A model generated the notes under the pieces. That model was not told the DNA's origin, ran no database searches, and was given only the letters and a program-made list of their open reading frames with translations. From positions 971-64,970 of the forward strand of contig JAXGOR010000004.1 in assembly GCA_040767365.1 (NCBI GenBank): a DNA stretch of 64,000 nucleotides. Direction: 5' to 3'. How positions within the stretch are numbered: position 1 is the stretch's first letter; each line of letters begins with the position of its first letter. Both the position numbers and the translations under genes were made by a program. Positions 51,098 to 60,919 of the stretch are shown one piece after another. This stretch comes from Clostridia bacterium. Lineage in GTDB: Bacteria > Bacillota > Clostridia > Saccharofermentanales > DTU023.

Positions 51098-51178
51098 ATG
51101 CCCTTCCCGAGCCGGTCGCTACAAAATGAAAGAGGCCCGCTGTCAGGCACAACGAACCTCTTCTTTTTCTTTGAATGA

Positions 51179-51352
51179 TTAGCGCTTACGCTTTCTGGCG
51201 GCTTCGGCCTTTTTCTTGCGCCTGACACTCGGTTTTTCATAGTGCTCACGCTTGCGAACTTCGGCCAGCACACCGGAACGGGCGCAAGAACGCTTGAAAC
51301 GTCTCAACGCACTGTCCAGGGATTCATTTTCCTTAACGCGAATCTCCGTCAA
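51179..51352 (-). CDS. rpsU: 30S ribosomal protein S21
   Basis: (M)[41 protein letters not shown]... TTG start at 51352 after GGAGGG. Confidence 0.9.
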   Translation of the reverse strand: MTEIRVKENESLDSALRRFKRSCARSGVLAEVRKREHYEKPSVRRKKKAEAARKRKR

Positions 51353-51412
51353 CCTTATCCCTCCCCTCACAGTGGACTCTGAGCAATCCGGCAGGATTCA
51401 CAGTTCCCAGGT

Positions 51413-51442
51413 AGTATACAATGAATAATGCGCAAACGTCAA
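51413..51442 (-). promoter_or_regulatory. Candidate rpsU promoter
   Basis: Minus strand reads TTGACG, 18 nt, TATACT. Confidence 0.45.
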
Positions 51443-51528
51443 ATAACAGGCGATTTCAACCCTGACGGGACGGGCTGGAAGGGTGATAAACTGTATAGGA
51501 TCAGTTCGATTATTTCAGGAGGCGGCAG

Positions 51529-53361
51529 GTGACCAGCAGGCGCTACAAAAAAGGATTCCGGACAGGCCGGGTCGTCCGCCGCCTGCTGGTCGCCCTGCTT
51601 GCCCTCCCCCTCCTTCTGGCCCTCCTGCCCGGCCAGCCTGTCCAGGCCGCTGAGTCGGGGACGGGGACCTATGTCGAGAAGGCGGAGCTGGATATTGACA
51701 TCAATTCGGATGGCACCGTCGACATCACGGAGACCCTGGCCTACCACTTCCACAAGGCAAAAAAATCAATCAGCTTCGAGCTCCTCTTCCCCATAGAGGG
51801 GGAGCCCCACCTCACCAGCCTGGAGTTCGCCCTGAAGACGGCCGGGGGGGAGGAAAAATTCATACCGGTCCCCGAACGGGATGAGCTGAAGTCACAGCCG
51901 CTCTCCTATACGACCCTCCGCAAGAGGGACCGGATCCGGGTCGATATGCGGATGACAGAGCTTTCCGGGGATTACCTCTTCCGGCTCAGCTACCAGTGGA
52001 ACCGCGGCGTCGTCCACAAGGAGGGCAAGGCCCTCATCTCCGGCCCCCTCCTGGCCGTCCGCCCGGAAACACCGGTCGACACCATGCGCTGGACCATCAC
52101 CATGCCCGCTTCCTGCCGGATTGAAAACAGCCATCTGATCCCGATCTCGGGCCATACCATGACCCAGAACAAGCTCTCGGAAAATTCGATCGCCTACGTG
52201 GACAACCAAAGATTTCTAAAACTGGATGGCCTGGGGATCCTGATCAGCAGTTCGGCCTCCTGTTTCCCCCTCATCCTGCCCGCTTCCGACCCGGCCCCCC
52301 TGGCCACCCTGGTCGACCGGGCCGAAGCCCTATCCAAACGACTGGCCCGCCTGGGCGCCCTGCGGGATTCGATCGGCCGCTTCATCATGCCCCTGATTGC
52401 CGCGGGCCTCCTGATCTATGCCCTGCTTTACCTGCTCCAGATGAGCTGGATAAGGCGGATAAGGCCGGATTACGCCTGCTGGGCCGCCGAGGGAACCCCG
52501 GCCCTGGTTGCCAAACTGGTCCGGGTCCGACCGGGCAGCTCGCACCTGCTCCTGGGCACCCTGCTCCACCTGATCAACCGCAAGGAGATCGAATGGGTGG
52601 ATGAGATCTTCATTTGGAAAAATCCTGGCCGGGACGATTTCTCGGGTTTCACCAGCTGGGAGATCCTGCTCCTCCAGTGGCTTTTTGCCCAGGATGAGGA
52701 CTACGATCACGTCCTGGCCCCTGAGAGGCTGCGTTATGCCGCCCGATCCGCCGATTTCCGTGAACTGGCCCAGCGCTTCCAGAAACAAATTGAGGAGGGA
52801 TACAAGGAGAGTCCCTTCGTGAGGCCGCAGTGGACCACCGTCTTCCGCCTCCTCTTTTTGACCTTCGCCGCCCTCTTCCTGGTCACGGCCCTCCTCCTCT
52901 TCTTCTTCACCCACGCCACCACGGCCTTCTACCTCTTGATCCCCGTCGCCATCTTCAGCTTCGGAGGCCTGACCTTCAGCTTCCTCACGGAGATTGGCGT
53001 GAGGCGGTATCTGGAGACCTTCGCCTTCATGCGGCAGCTGAAAAAACCGCAGGCCCTGGTCGCCTCCTGCGCCGGCCGCTTCAATGACGTTGAAACCCTG
53101 ATCAGTATTCTGCCGGCGGCCGTGGTGCTCAACAAAAGGAAAAACTTCTTCCAGGGCGTCCGCTCCCTGCCGCAGGCCGCCTTCCTGCGGGCCGCCTACG
53201 CCCTCCTGCACGTCTATCGCAGGATCCCCATCCCCAGTCTTCAAAACCTGCCGGCCCCGCTTGTCGGCCCGGAGATTGAACGGCTGAACAAGGGGCTCGA
53301 CGAGATGGAACGGGCCCTGGCCGCCTGGAAGGAAAACTTCGATTCCTGCTTTATCGCCTAG
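51529..53361 (+). CDS. DUF2207 domain-containing membrane protein
   Basis: Signal peptide, an extracellular beta-rich N-domain and C-terminal TM helices. GTG start 7 nt after AGGAGG. Confidence 0.7.
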   Translation: MTSRRYKKGFRTGRVVRRLLVALLALPLLLALLPGQPVQAAESGTGTYVEKAELDIDINSDGTVDITETLAYHFHKAKKSISFELLFPIEGEPHLTSLEFALKTAGGEEKFIPVPERDELKSQPLSYTTLRKRDRIRVDMRMTELSGDYLFRLSYQWNRGVVHKEGKALISGPLLAVRPETPVDTMRWTITMPASCRIENSHLIPISGHTMTQNKLSENSIAYVDNQRFLKLDGLGILISSSASCFPLILPASDPAPLATLVDRAEALSKRLARLGALRDSIGRFIMPLIAAGLLIYALLYLLQMSWIRRIRPDYACWAAEGTPALVAKLVRVRPGSSHLLLGTLLHLINRKEIEWVDEIFIWKNPGRDDFSGFTSWEILLLQWLFAQDEDYDHVLAPERLRYAARSADFRELAQRFQKQIEEGYKESPFVRPQWTTVFRLLFLTFAALFLVTALLLFFFTHATTAFYLLIPVAIFSFGGLTFSFLTEIGVRRYLETFAFMRQLKKPQALVASCAGRFNDVETLISILPAAVVLNKRKNFFQGVRSLPQAAFLRAAYALLHVYRRIPIPSLQNLPAPLVGPEIERLNKGLDEMERALAAWKENFDSCFIA

Positions 53362-53367
53362 GGGAAA

Positions 53368-53889
53368 CTAGCCCGCCTCGATCAGGGCAGAAACGATACA
53401 GGTACAGGCGATTCCCTCCCCCCTGCCGAAGGCGGTCAAACCCTCACCTGAGGTCGCCGTGATGGCGACGCGCTCCAGGGGGAGGCCCACAAGCCGGGCG
53501 ATCGCCTGGCGCATGCGGTCGATGACCGGGGCCAGGGGGGGGCTTTTTGCCTCAACCGAGAAAGACAGATGGGTTAAGCGGATGGACCCCAGGGAATCCA
53601 GGGCCAGCTTCACATAGGCCCGGCTGTCTGTCACGCCTGCCTGGCAAAGGCGGTCGGCGGCGGCCCCCAGAACCCGCTCGCCGGTCAGGCCAGAAATCGC
53701 GTTGGTCAGGGCATGGAGGACCACGTCGGCGTCACTGTTGCCCTCAAGCGGGGGGCAATCCTCCAGGACAAGCCCACCCAGGAGGAGGGGCCGGTCCCGG
53801 GCCGCCGGGTCATCCCCGGAAAGAAAACGGTGACTGTCACAGCCTATGGCTGTCAGGGGAATAGGGGTTACAGGCGGCCCTTCCTTCAT
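53368..53889 (-). CDS. IspF-like protein (2-C-methyl-D-erythritol 2,4-cyclodiphosphate synthase fold, divergent active site)
   Basis: IGCDSHRF, GNSDADVVLHALTNA and FGRGEGIACTCIV align to IspF. The zinc-ligand His of GHSDADV is Asn (codon at 53737-53739). Confidence 0.7.
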   Translation of the reverse strand: MKEGPPVTPIPLTAIGCDSHRFLSGDDPAARDRPLLLGGLVLEDCPPLEGNSDADVVLHALTNAISGLTGERVLGAAADRLCQAGVTDSRAYVKLALDSLGSIRLTHLSFSVEAKSPPLAPVIDRMRQAIARLVGLPLERVAITATSGEGLTAFGRGEGIACTCIVSALIEAG

Positions 53890-54515
53890 GAGACTTCCTC
53901 CTTCTTCGGATGCCAGGCTTTGATCACATGATAACCCTTGGCCCGGGCAAGGGTCTCGACCTTTTCAAAGCGCTTCTTGAGCTCGGCCTTGGCGGAGGCG
54001 GCCCCCTGCTTGACCCGGATCACCAGGAAAAAGTGGCCCTGGGGGGAGAGACTGGCAGCCGCTTCCCGGAAGAGGCGGTAGACCGTCGCCTTCCCGGCCC
54101 GGATAGGGGGATTGGTCAGGATCAGGTCGTAGACCTGGCCGGCTGGAACCCCGTCCGATTCAAGCAGGGTCAGCCTGTCCGACACTCCGGCCTCCCCGGC
54201 ATTGAAGCGGGCAAGCGCCAGGGCCCGCCTGTTGATATCCACCCCCGTCACCTGGAAGGCAGGGCGGAGGCGGGCCAGGACGACAGCCGCTATCCCGGCC
54301 CCCGTCCCCAGGTCAAGCAGGCGGAGGGGCCCCTCCCCCGCCTGGTCCAGGACCGTCTTGACCAGGAGCCAGGTCCCGGGGTCGACCCGGCGGCGCGAGA
54401 AGACGCCGCTGTCCGTCCTGAAGAGGAAAGCCACCCCCTCCCAGCTTTCCCCGGCTGTGCCGTAGTGGTGATCAGACCCGGGGTCCCGGTCAAAGTAGTG
54501 GCCCTCCCCTTTCAC
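53886..54515 (-). CDS. class I SAM-dependent methyltransferase (RsmC/MTS small-domain type)
   Basis: FRTDSGVFS, LDLGTGAGI and ILTNPPIRAGK motifs. The GTG start overlaps the queT stop (GTGA). Confidence 0.8.
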   Translation of the reverse strand: MKGEGHYFDRDPGSDHHYGTAGESWEGVAFLFRTDSGVFSRRRVDPGTWLLVKTVLDQAGEGPLRLLDLGTGAGIAAVVLARLRPAFQVTGVDINRRALALARFNAGEAGVSDRLTLLESDGVPAGQVYDLILTNPPIRAGKATVYRLFREAAASLSPQGHFFLVIRVKQGAASAKAELKKRFEKVETLARAKGYHVIKAWHPKKEEVS

Positions 54516-55144
54516 TCCTGGCCCTCCCCTTCCGTCAGATAGACCCGTCGGGCCCAGGGGGTCTTCCGGCGGGCCAGGAGGAGCGGCAGGCCCAAGCCAC
54601 AGAGGACTAGGGCCTGGGAAAGGAGGAGGGAGCCGATACTGGCCAGGATGACCCCGGCCGAGGGCCTGCCGGACTGGAGCAGGAAGGGCAGGTAGCTGCC
54701 CACCACCAGGGCGTTCAAAAGAAGGGGGGGGAGGAGGGGGATGAGCTGCTGGAGGATCCGCCCCGGCCGGCCCGGTCTGGCGGAAGTCCCCTCCCTCATT
54801 TCACTGGCCAGGCGGAGTCGCCAGGGCCTGGCCAGGCGCCAGGTCAGGAAGGCGGCCAGGAGGCTGACCCCGCTGCCCGCCAGGACATCGACCAGGCCAA
54901 GCGGTTGGGGATTGAGCAGGTTGGCCAGGAGGCAGCCAAGGAAGACACCGGCCACCGCGGACGGAAAAAGGGCCGGGAGCGCCGCCAGCGCCTCGGCCAG
55001 GCGGAGCTGGATGACGGAAAAACTCATGAAGGAGGTGGCCAGGGTCAGGACCAGATAAAGGGCCGCGATCAGGGCACTTTGGGTCAGGCCGGCCAGGGCC
55101 CTGTCTTTTCGCCCCCTCTTCCGCCCTGGCCCGGACCTGTCCAT
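54512..55144 (-). CDS. queT: QueT transporter family protein (queuosine precursor uptake)
   Basis: ALIAALYLVLTL...VIQLRLAEAL...GCLLANLL...DVLAGS pattern of the QueT family. Confidence 0.6.
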   Translation of the reverse strand: MDRSGPGRKRGRKDRALAGLTQSALIAALYLVLTLATSFMSFSVIQLRLAEALAALPALFPSAVAGVFLGCLLANLLNPQPLGLVDVLAGSGVSLLAAFLTWRLARPWRLRLASEMREGTSARPGRPGRILQQLIPLLPPLLLNALVVGSYLPFLLQSGRPSAGVILASIGSLLLSQALVLCGLGLPLLLARRKTPWARRVYLTEGEGQE

Positions 55145-58100
55145 TATCCCGTCCGGGGCAGGACGACGGCGAAGACCATGGCCGTGCCATTGATATCCCA
55201 GCTTTGCGGCTGGACCCCCTCGGGAAGCGCCTCATCCTTTTCGAAGAAGATCATCTGCTCTGCCAGGACATCCGACATGATGGCGTCGGCGTGGTCTTCG
55301 AGCACCTGCTGCCTCTCACTCCGCCCGATATAGAGATGGATCCGGTCAGTCACCTCGAAGCCATGCGAACGGCGCATGGTCTGTACCTTGCTGACGATCT
55401 CCCGGACCAGCCCCTCCTCGATCAGGGCCTCTGTCAGGCTTGTCGCCAGGGCCACCTTGACGGACCCGGCGCTCTCGACGGCATAGCCCCCCGCCGCCTG
55501 CTCCTCAATCAGGAGGTCCTCCCGGGTCAGCCGGTAGAGGGTCCCGTCGACATCAAGCTCGATCGACCCCTCCCTTTCCAGGGTTTCCAGGGTCTCCCTG
55601 CCCGGCAGCCGCTCAATCAAGGGCCGGGCCTTGGGCAGGTCGCCGCCCATGAGGCGGCCCAGGGTACGAAGTTGGGGCTTGAAGGCATAATCGACCAGCC
55701 GGTGGTCGTCCACCTCGAAGGTCAAGGTCTTGATATTGAGTTCGTCAAGCAGGAGGGCCGTGAGCTCCGGGGAAAGCGCTTCGCCCCCCACCACGATCAT
55801 CTCGGAAAGGGGCTGGCGGATCTTCAGCTGGGCCTGGTTCCGGGCGGCGCGGCCGAGGGAGACCAGCTCCAGGAGGCGGGCCATATCGCCCTCCAGGCCG
55901 GGATCGATCAAGGCTTCCCGGGCACTGGGATAGTCGGCCAGGTGGACACTTTCAGGGGCGCCGGGCAGACGGCCGGCCACCAGGTTGAGGTAGACGGTCT
56001 CGGCCATGAAAGGGGTGAAAGGGGCGACCAGGTAGGCCAGGGTCACCAGGCAATCGTGGAGGACGATATAGGCCGTGATCTTGTCAGGATCCAGGTCAGG
56101 GCCCCAGTAGCGTTCACGGGAGCGGCGGACATACCAGTTGGACAGGTCCTCCACAAAGGACTCCAGGGCCCGGGCGGCCGTCGTGATATCGCAGAGGTCC
56201 AGCCGGCGGTCCACCTCCCTGACCAGGGAATGGAGGCGGCTTTCGATCCAGCGGTCCATGACCGTCTTGTGGTCTTGGACCGGAAAGTCCCGGTAGTCCT
56301 CCCGCTCAAAGCCGTCGATATTGGCATAGAGGATGAAGAAGGCGTAGGTATTCCAGAAGGTGCCCATGAAGCGGCGCTTGGCCTCATTGACCGATTCCTC
56401 GGAGAAACGGGCGGAGAGCCAGGGCTGGTTGCCAGAACAGAACATCCAGCGCATGGCGTCGGCGCCTTCCAGGTCCAGGAGACTGCCCGGGTCCACGATA
56501 TTACCCAGGTGCTTGGACATCTTGACCCCGTCCTTGTCCAGGACATGGCCGAGGACCAGGCAGGTCTTGTAGGCCTCCTGGTCGAAGAGGGCCGTGCTGA
56601 TCGCGTGCAGGCTGTAGAACCAGCCCCGGGTCTGGTCGATGGCTTCCGAAATGAAGTCGGCCGGCATCCGCTCCAGGGTGATGGCCTCATTCTCGAAGGG
56701 GTAATGGTATTGGGCAAAGGGCATGGCGCCCGAGTCATACCAGCCGTCGATCACTTCGGGGACCCGGGTCATGAGCCCGGAACAGGCGGGACAGGTCAGA
56801 TGGACCCGGTCGATCATGGGCTTGTGGAGCTCAATGTCCGGGGGACAGTCGGGCGACAGGGCCTTCAGTTCCTCCAGGGAACCGACCAGGTGGCGGTGGT
56901 CGCAGGCCTCGCACTCCCAGACCGGCAGGGGGGTCCCCCAGTAGCGTTCACGCGAGATGCACCAGTCAATGACACTTTCCAGGAAGTGGCCAAAACGGCC
57001 CGGCCCTATATGGGCGGGGATCCAGTTGATCCGGGCGTTGTTCTCCAGTAGCTGGTCACGGAGCCTGGTCATCTCAATGAACCAGGCCGTCCGGGCATAG
57101 TAGATGAGGGGTGTGTCGCAGCGCCAGCAGAAGGGGTAGGTATGTTCCGTATCCTCTTCATAGAGGAGGAGGCCCTTCTCCCTCAGCAAGTCCACCAGGC
57201 CCGGATCCGCCTCCTTGACGAAGACGCCGGCGAAGTCCACGACCTCCTCGGTCATGGTCCCGTCCTCCGCCACGAATTGGATGAGGGGGAGGTCGTTCAG
57301 CCGGCCCAGGCGGGCGTCATCCTCACCGAAGGCCGGGGCCAGGTGGACGATGCCCGTCCCGTCCGTCAGGGTGACATAGGGGTCGGCGACGACATAGAAG
57401 GCCTTTTTGCCCATCTTTTTGATCGTTTCAACCGCATAGGGGTAGAGGGGTTCGTATTCCTTGCCGACCAGGTCCTGGCCCCGGCAGGTTTCCAAGATCC
57501 GGGCCCGGTCGCCGAATACCTGCCCGACCAGGGCCCGGGCCAGGACATAGCGGGGCTGGCCCGGCGAACCGTCCGGTTCACCGTCGACCTCACAGAGGGC
57601 GTAGTCCTCCTCGGCATTGACACAGAGGGCGACGTTGGAGGGCAGGGTCCAGGGGGTGGTGGTCCAGACGGCGAAGTAGGTATTGTCCTCATCCTTGACC
57701 CGCATGCGGACATAGACCGAGCTCTCCGTGATGTCCTGGTAGCCCTGGGCCACCTCATGGCTGGAGAGGGAGGTCCCGCAACGGGGACAGTAGGGCACAA
57801 CCTTGTGACCCTTGTAGATCAGGTCCTTGTCCCAGATTTGCCTGAGTGACCACCAGACCGATTCAATATAGCGGTTTTCATAGGTGATATAGGGATTCTC
57901 CATATCGGCCCAGAAAGCGATCCGCTCCGACATCTCCTCCCATTCACTCTTGTATTTCCAAACCGACCGCTTGCATTCCTCTATGAATTTCTCAACCCCG
58001 TAGGCCTCGATCTGCTCCTTGCCATCGAGCCCCAGCCGCTTTTCGACCTCCAGCTCGACGGGCAGGCCGTGGGTGTCCCAGCCGGCCTTTCTGGGAACAT

Positions 58101-58332
58101 AATAGCCCTTCATGGTCCGGTAGCGCGGTATCAGGTCCTTGATCACCCGGGTCAGGGCATGGCCGGCATGCGGCATGCCGTTGGCGGTCGGGGGGCCATC
58201 ATAGAATGAATAAACGGGGGCGCCCTCCCTGTTCCGCATGGACTTTTCGAAAATCGCCTCTTCCCGCCAAAAATTGAGGATGGCTTCCTCACGCGGAACG
58301 AAATCGAGGCCGCTGTCTACTTTTTCATACAT
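55144..58332 (-). CDS. ileS: isoleucine--tRNA ligase (type 2)
   Basis: PPTANGMPHAGH (HIGH), KMSKHLGN (KMSKS) and a CP1 editing domain. ATG at 58332 lies 10 nt after AAGGAG. Confidence 0.95.
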   Translation of the reverse strand: MYEKVDSGLDFVPREEAILNFWREEAIFEKSMRNREGAPVYSFYDGPPTANGMPHAGHALTRVIKDLIPRYRTMKGYYVPRKAGWDTHGLPVELEVEKRLGLDGKEQIEAYGVEKFIEECKRSVWKYKSEWEEMSERIAFWADMENPYITYENRYIESVWWSLRQIWDKDLIYKGHKVVPYCPRCGTSLSSHEVAQGYQDITESSVYVRMRVKDEDNTYFAVWTTTPWTLPSNVALCVNAEEDYALCEVDGEPDGSPGQPRYVLARALVGQVFGDRARILETCRGQDLVGKEYEPLYPYAVETIKKMGKKAFYVVADPYVTLTDGTGIVHLAPAFGEDDARLGRLNDLPLIQFVAEDGTMTEEVVDFAGVFVKEADPGLVDLLREKGLLLYEEDTEHTYPFCWRCDTPLIYYARTAWFIEMTRLRDQLLENNARINWIPAHIGPGRFGHFLESVIDWCISRERYWGTPLPVWECEACDHRHLVGSLEELKALSPDCPPDIELHKPMIDRVHLTCPACSGLMTRVPEVIDGWYDSGAMPFAQYHYPFENEAITLERMPADFISEAIDQTRGWFYSLHAISTALFDQEAYKTCLVLGHVLDKDGVKMSKHLGNIVDPGSLLDLEGADAMRWMFCSGNQPWLSARFSEESVNEAKRRFMGTFWNTYAFFILYANIDGFEREDYRDFPVQDHKTVMDRWIESRLHSLVREVDRRLDLCDITTAARALESFVEDLSNWYVRRSRERYWGPDLDPDKITAYIVLHDCLVTLAYLVAPFTPFMAETVYLNLVAGRLPGAPESVHLADYPSAREALIDPGLEGDMARLLELVSLGRAARNQAQLKIRQPLSEMIVVGGEALSPELTALLLDELNIKTLTFEVDDHRLVDYAFKPQLRTLGRLMGGDLPKARPLIERLPGRETLETLEREGSIELDVDGTLYRLTREDLLIEEQAAGGYAVESAGSVKVALATSLTEALIEEGLVREIVSKVQTMRRSHGFEVTDRIHLYIGRSERQQVLEDHADAIMSDVLAEQMIFFEKDEALPEGVQPQSWDINGTAMVFAVVLPRTG

Positions 58333-58419
58333 GGGTGATCTTCTCCTTGCGCCACCCTCCCGCCCGGCCAAAGAAAAAGGATGGCTGGCGGGCGCCGGCG
58401 GCAAACCAATATCCAGATG

Positions 58420-58449
58420 ATTATAGTGTCAGCCGGCCGCCCCTGTCAA
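58420..58449 (-). promoter_or_regulatory. Candidate ileS promoter
   Basis: Minus strand reads TTGACA, 18 nt, TATAAT. Both hexamers are consensus. Confidence 0.5.
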
Positions 58450-58600
58450 TCAGGGCCGGGGCCTCCCAAGGCCTGCCAATCCTGTATTATCCCCTGATAT
58501 TTATGCAATCGTGGCGGTCAAGTTCATTCTATGTTCATATTTCAGTGATATTTTGAAACTGGAGTGTAACTCTACAGAGGAATCATTTGAGGAGGTTTTT

Positions 58601-59965
58601 ATGTTAGAAAAATCGTTCAAACTCAAAGAACACGGTGTAAACGTCAAGGGTGAGTTGGCGGCTGGTCTTACTACCTTTATGACCATGGCCTACATCCTGG
58701 CGGTCAACCCCGATATCTTGAGCGTGACGGGTATGAACCCGGGAGGCGTCCTGATCGCGACCGCCCTCTCGTCGGCAATTGCCTGCATCTGTATGGCCTT
58801 CTTTGCCAACCTGCCCTTCGCCCTGGCACCCGGTATGGGGCTCAACGCCTATTTCGCCTTTACGGTAGTCCTGGGCATGGGCTATTCCTGGCAATTCGCG
58901 CTCTTCGCGGTCTTTGTCGAGGGACTGATCTTCATTGTCCTCTCGCTGACCAACGTACGCGAGGCCATCTTCGACGCCATCCCCCTGACGCTCAAACACG
59001 CGGTCGGCGCCGGTATCGGCCTCTTTATCGCCTTTATCGGCCTCCAAAACTCCGGCCTGGTCCAGGCCAGTCCGGCAACCCTGGTAGATCTGGTTTCCTT
59101 CAAGGACGATATGAGCGGGACGGGCATCCTGGCCGTCCTGACCCTGGTAGGCGTCCTGATCATCGGTGTCCTCTGCTACAAGAAGATCAAGGGGGCGCTC
59201 CTGATCGGCATGTTCGCCGTCTGGATCATCGGTATCATCCTGCAGGCCGCGGGGCTTTATGTCCCCAACCCGGAGCTAGGGCTCTTCTCGCTCTACCCCG
59301 CCTGGGGCCTGCCTGACTTTGCCGGCTTCGGCCAGATCGCCGGCAAGGCCTTCAGCCCGGAGGCCTTCGCCAGCTTCAATGTCGTGGACTTCCTGATCAT
59401 CATGTTCTCCTTCCTCTTTGTCGACATCTTTGATACCCTGGGCACCCTGATCGGGGTCGCCGACAAGGCCGATATGCTCGACGAGGAGGGAAAGCTGCCC
59501 CAGATCAGGGGCGCCCTCATGGCGGACGCTGTCGGCACAGTTGTCGGCGCCGTCGCGGGAACCTCGACCGTTACCACCTATGTTGAAAGTGCCTCCGGCG
59601 TCGCCGAAGGCGGCCGGACGGGTCTGACCGCCCTGACCACGGGTATCCTATTCCTGCTGGCCATCATCCTTTCACCGATCTTCATCTCGATCCCGTCCTT
59701 CGCGACTTCGGCCGCCTTGATCTATGTCGGGTTCCTGATGCTCTCGTCCATCCTGAAGGTTGACTTCGAAGACATCTCGGAAGCGCTCCCTGCCTATGTT
59801 GCCCTGTTCGCCATGCCTTTCTTCTACAGCATCTCGCACGGCATCATGTTCGGGATCATCTTCTATGTCCTGATCAATCTTTGCGCGGGCAAGTACAAGA
59901 AGATCAGCCCGCTCATGTACATCCTGGCACTTGCCTTCCTCTTGAAGTTCGCCTTGCTCGGATAA
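58601..59965 (+). CDS. NCS2 family permease (AzgA/PbuG-type purine permease)
   Basis: MLEKSFKLKEHGVNVKGELAAGLTTFMTMAYILAVNP... ATG at 58601 lies 5 nt after GAGGAGG. Confidence 0.9.
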   Translation: MLEKSFKLKEHGVNVKGELAAGLTTFMTMAYILAVNPDILSVTGMNPGGVLIATALSSAIACICMAFFANLPFALAPGMGLNAYFAFTVVLGMGYSWQFALFAVFVEGLIFIVLSLTNVREAIFDAIPLTLKHAVGAGIGLFIAFIGLQNSGLVQASPATLVDLVSFKDDMSGTGILAVLTLVGVLIIGVLCYKKIKGALLIGMFAVWIIGIILQAAGLYVPNPELGLFSLYPAWGLPDFAGFGQIAGKAFSPEAFASFNVVDFLIIMFSFLFVDIFDTLGTLIGVADKADMLDEEGKLPQIRGALMADAVGTVVGAVAGTSTVTTYVESASGVAEGGRTGLTALTTGILFLLAIILSPIFISIPSFATSAALIYVGFLMLSSILKVDFEDISEALPAYVALFAMPFFYSISHGIMFGIIFYVLINLCAGKYKKISPLMYILALAFLLKFALLG

Positions 59966-60002
59966 AAGCCAGTCAACACACAGCCATCCTCTGTTTTGCA
60001 AG

Positions 60003-60028
60003 AGCCCGGGTAACCAACCCGGGCTTTT
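60003..60028 (+). terminator. Intrinsic terminator after the permease gene
   Basis: AGCCCGGG-TAACCAA-CCCGGGCTTTT. Confidence 0.8.
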
Positions 60029-60076
60029 CAAATTGACAGGTCATCTTGCGCCGGCTGGCCGGGCTCGTGTAGTCTT

Positions 60077-60919
60077 GTGTCCATGAGTTTTTGGCTGATC
60101 ATTCTCCTCGCCCTGTCGGGCGCCGCGGTCGTTTCCCTCCTTTACGGCTTCTTCCTGGAGCCGGTCTGGATCCGGACCCGGACCTTCACCCTCCCCCTCG
60201 GGGACCAGCACCCCCTGGCGGGCAAGAAGGTCCTTTTCTTTTCCGACCTGCATGTGGGCCGGTCGACAACTGAAAGGAAGCTTGCCCGTCAGATACGGGC
60301 CATCCGGGCCAGGGAGGCGGATGCCATCATTTTTGGTGGCGATCTGGTCGAGGAGGGCACCCCCCTCTGGGATGAGGACTTCCGCCGCCTGGTCACCGGG
60401 GCCCTGGCGGAACTCAGGGCTCCCCTGGGCAAATGGGCCCTGTTCGGCAATCACGATGTCGAGGCGCCCCGCTACCGCCGCTGGGTCACGGACCTGCTCG
60501 AATCCGCCGGCTTCACCCTGTTGGAAAACGAGCGGCTGCCCCTGCCCGGCCTCCCCGCCTGGGCCTTCGCCAATACCCATCACGGGGAACCCGCCCTGGA
60601 CGAAGCCCGGCTCTATGAAGGGCTGGATCCGGAAGAGGAGCCGGCCTTCACCCTCTACCTGGTTCATGAGTCCGACTGGTTCCCCCAGACCCTGCCCGCC
60701 CGCCGGCCGGGCCTGGTCCTGGCAGGCCACTCCCATTATGGCCAGGTCACCCTCTTCGGCCTCCCCCTGATCAGGCCACCGGGCGCCAAGCGCTATTGGA
60801 GGGGCCGGTACCCGCTCACGGAGGACCTGGCCATGATCGTCAGCGCTGGACTTGGCACCGTCCATATCCATGCCCGCTTCTTCGCCAGGCCTGATATCAT
60901 CCTGCTTGAATTCGTCTGA
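60077..60919 (+). CDS. metallophosphoesterase (YkuE-like, membrane-anchored)
   Basis: N-terminal TM helix plus FFSDLHVG, GGDLV, GNHD and GHSH motifs. Confidence 0.8.
   Translation: MSMSFWLIILLALSGAAVVSLLYGFFLEPVWIRTRTFTLPLGDQHPLAGKKVLFFSDLHVGRSTTERKLARQIRAIRAREADAIIFGGDLVEEGTPLWDEDFRRLVTGALAELRAPLGKWALFGNHDVEAPRYRRWVTDLLESAGFTLLENERLPLPGLPAWAFANTHHGEPALDEARLYEGLDPEEEPAFTLYLVHESDWFPQTLPARRPGLVLAGHSHYGQVTLFGLPLIRPPGAKRYWRGRYPLTEDLAMIVSAGLGTVHIHARFFARPDIILLEFV

Noticed and set aside
58333-58419. T-box riboswitch leaders upstream of ileS (58333..58419) and thrS (17933..18050).
   Set aside because: The leaders are only about 90-120 nt. I found no T-box consensus (AAnnnGGGTGGtACCGCG-like) and no specifier-loop architecture, only a promoter and a short GC hairpin.
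58450-58600. Purine (guanine/adenine) riboswitch upstream of the NCS2 purine permease.
   Set aside because: The AT-rich leader forms small hairpins such as GGAGU-GUA-ACUCU. It lacks the conserved three-way junction sequences (UAUAAU...GGAUAUGG...UUUCUACC...CCGUAAAUG...GACUAUG) and the paired 7-nt loops.
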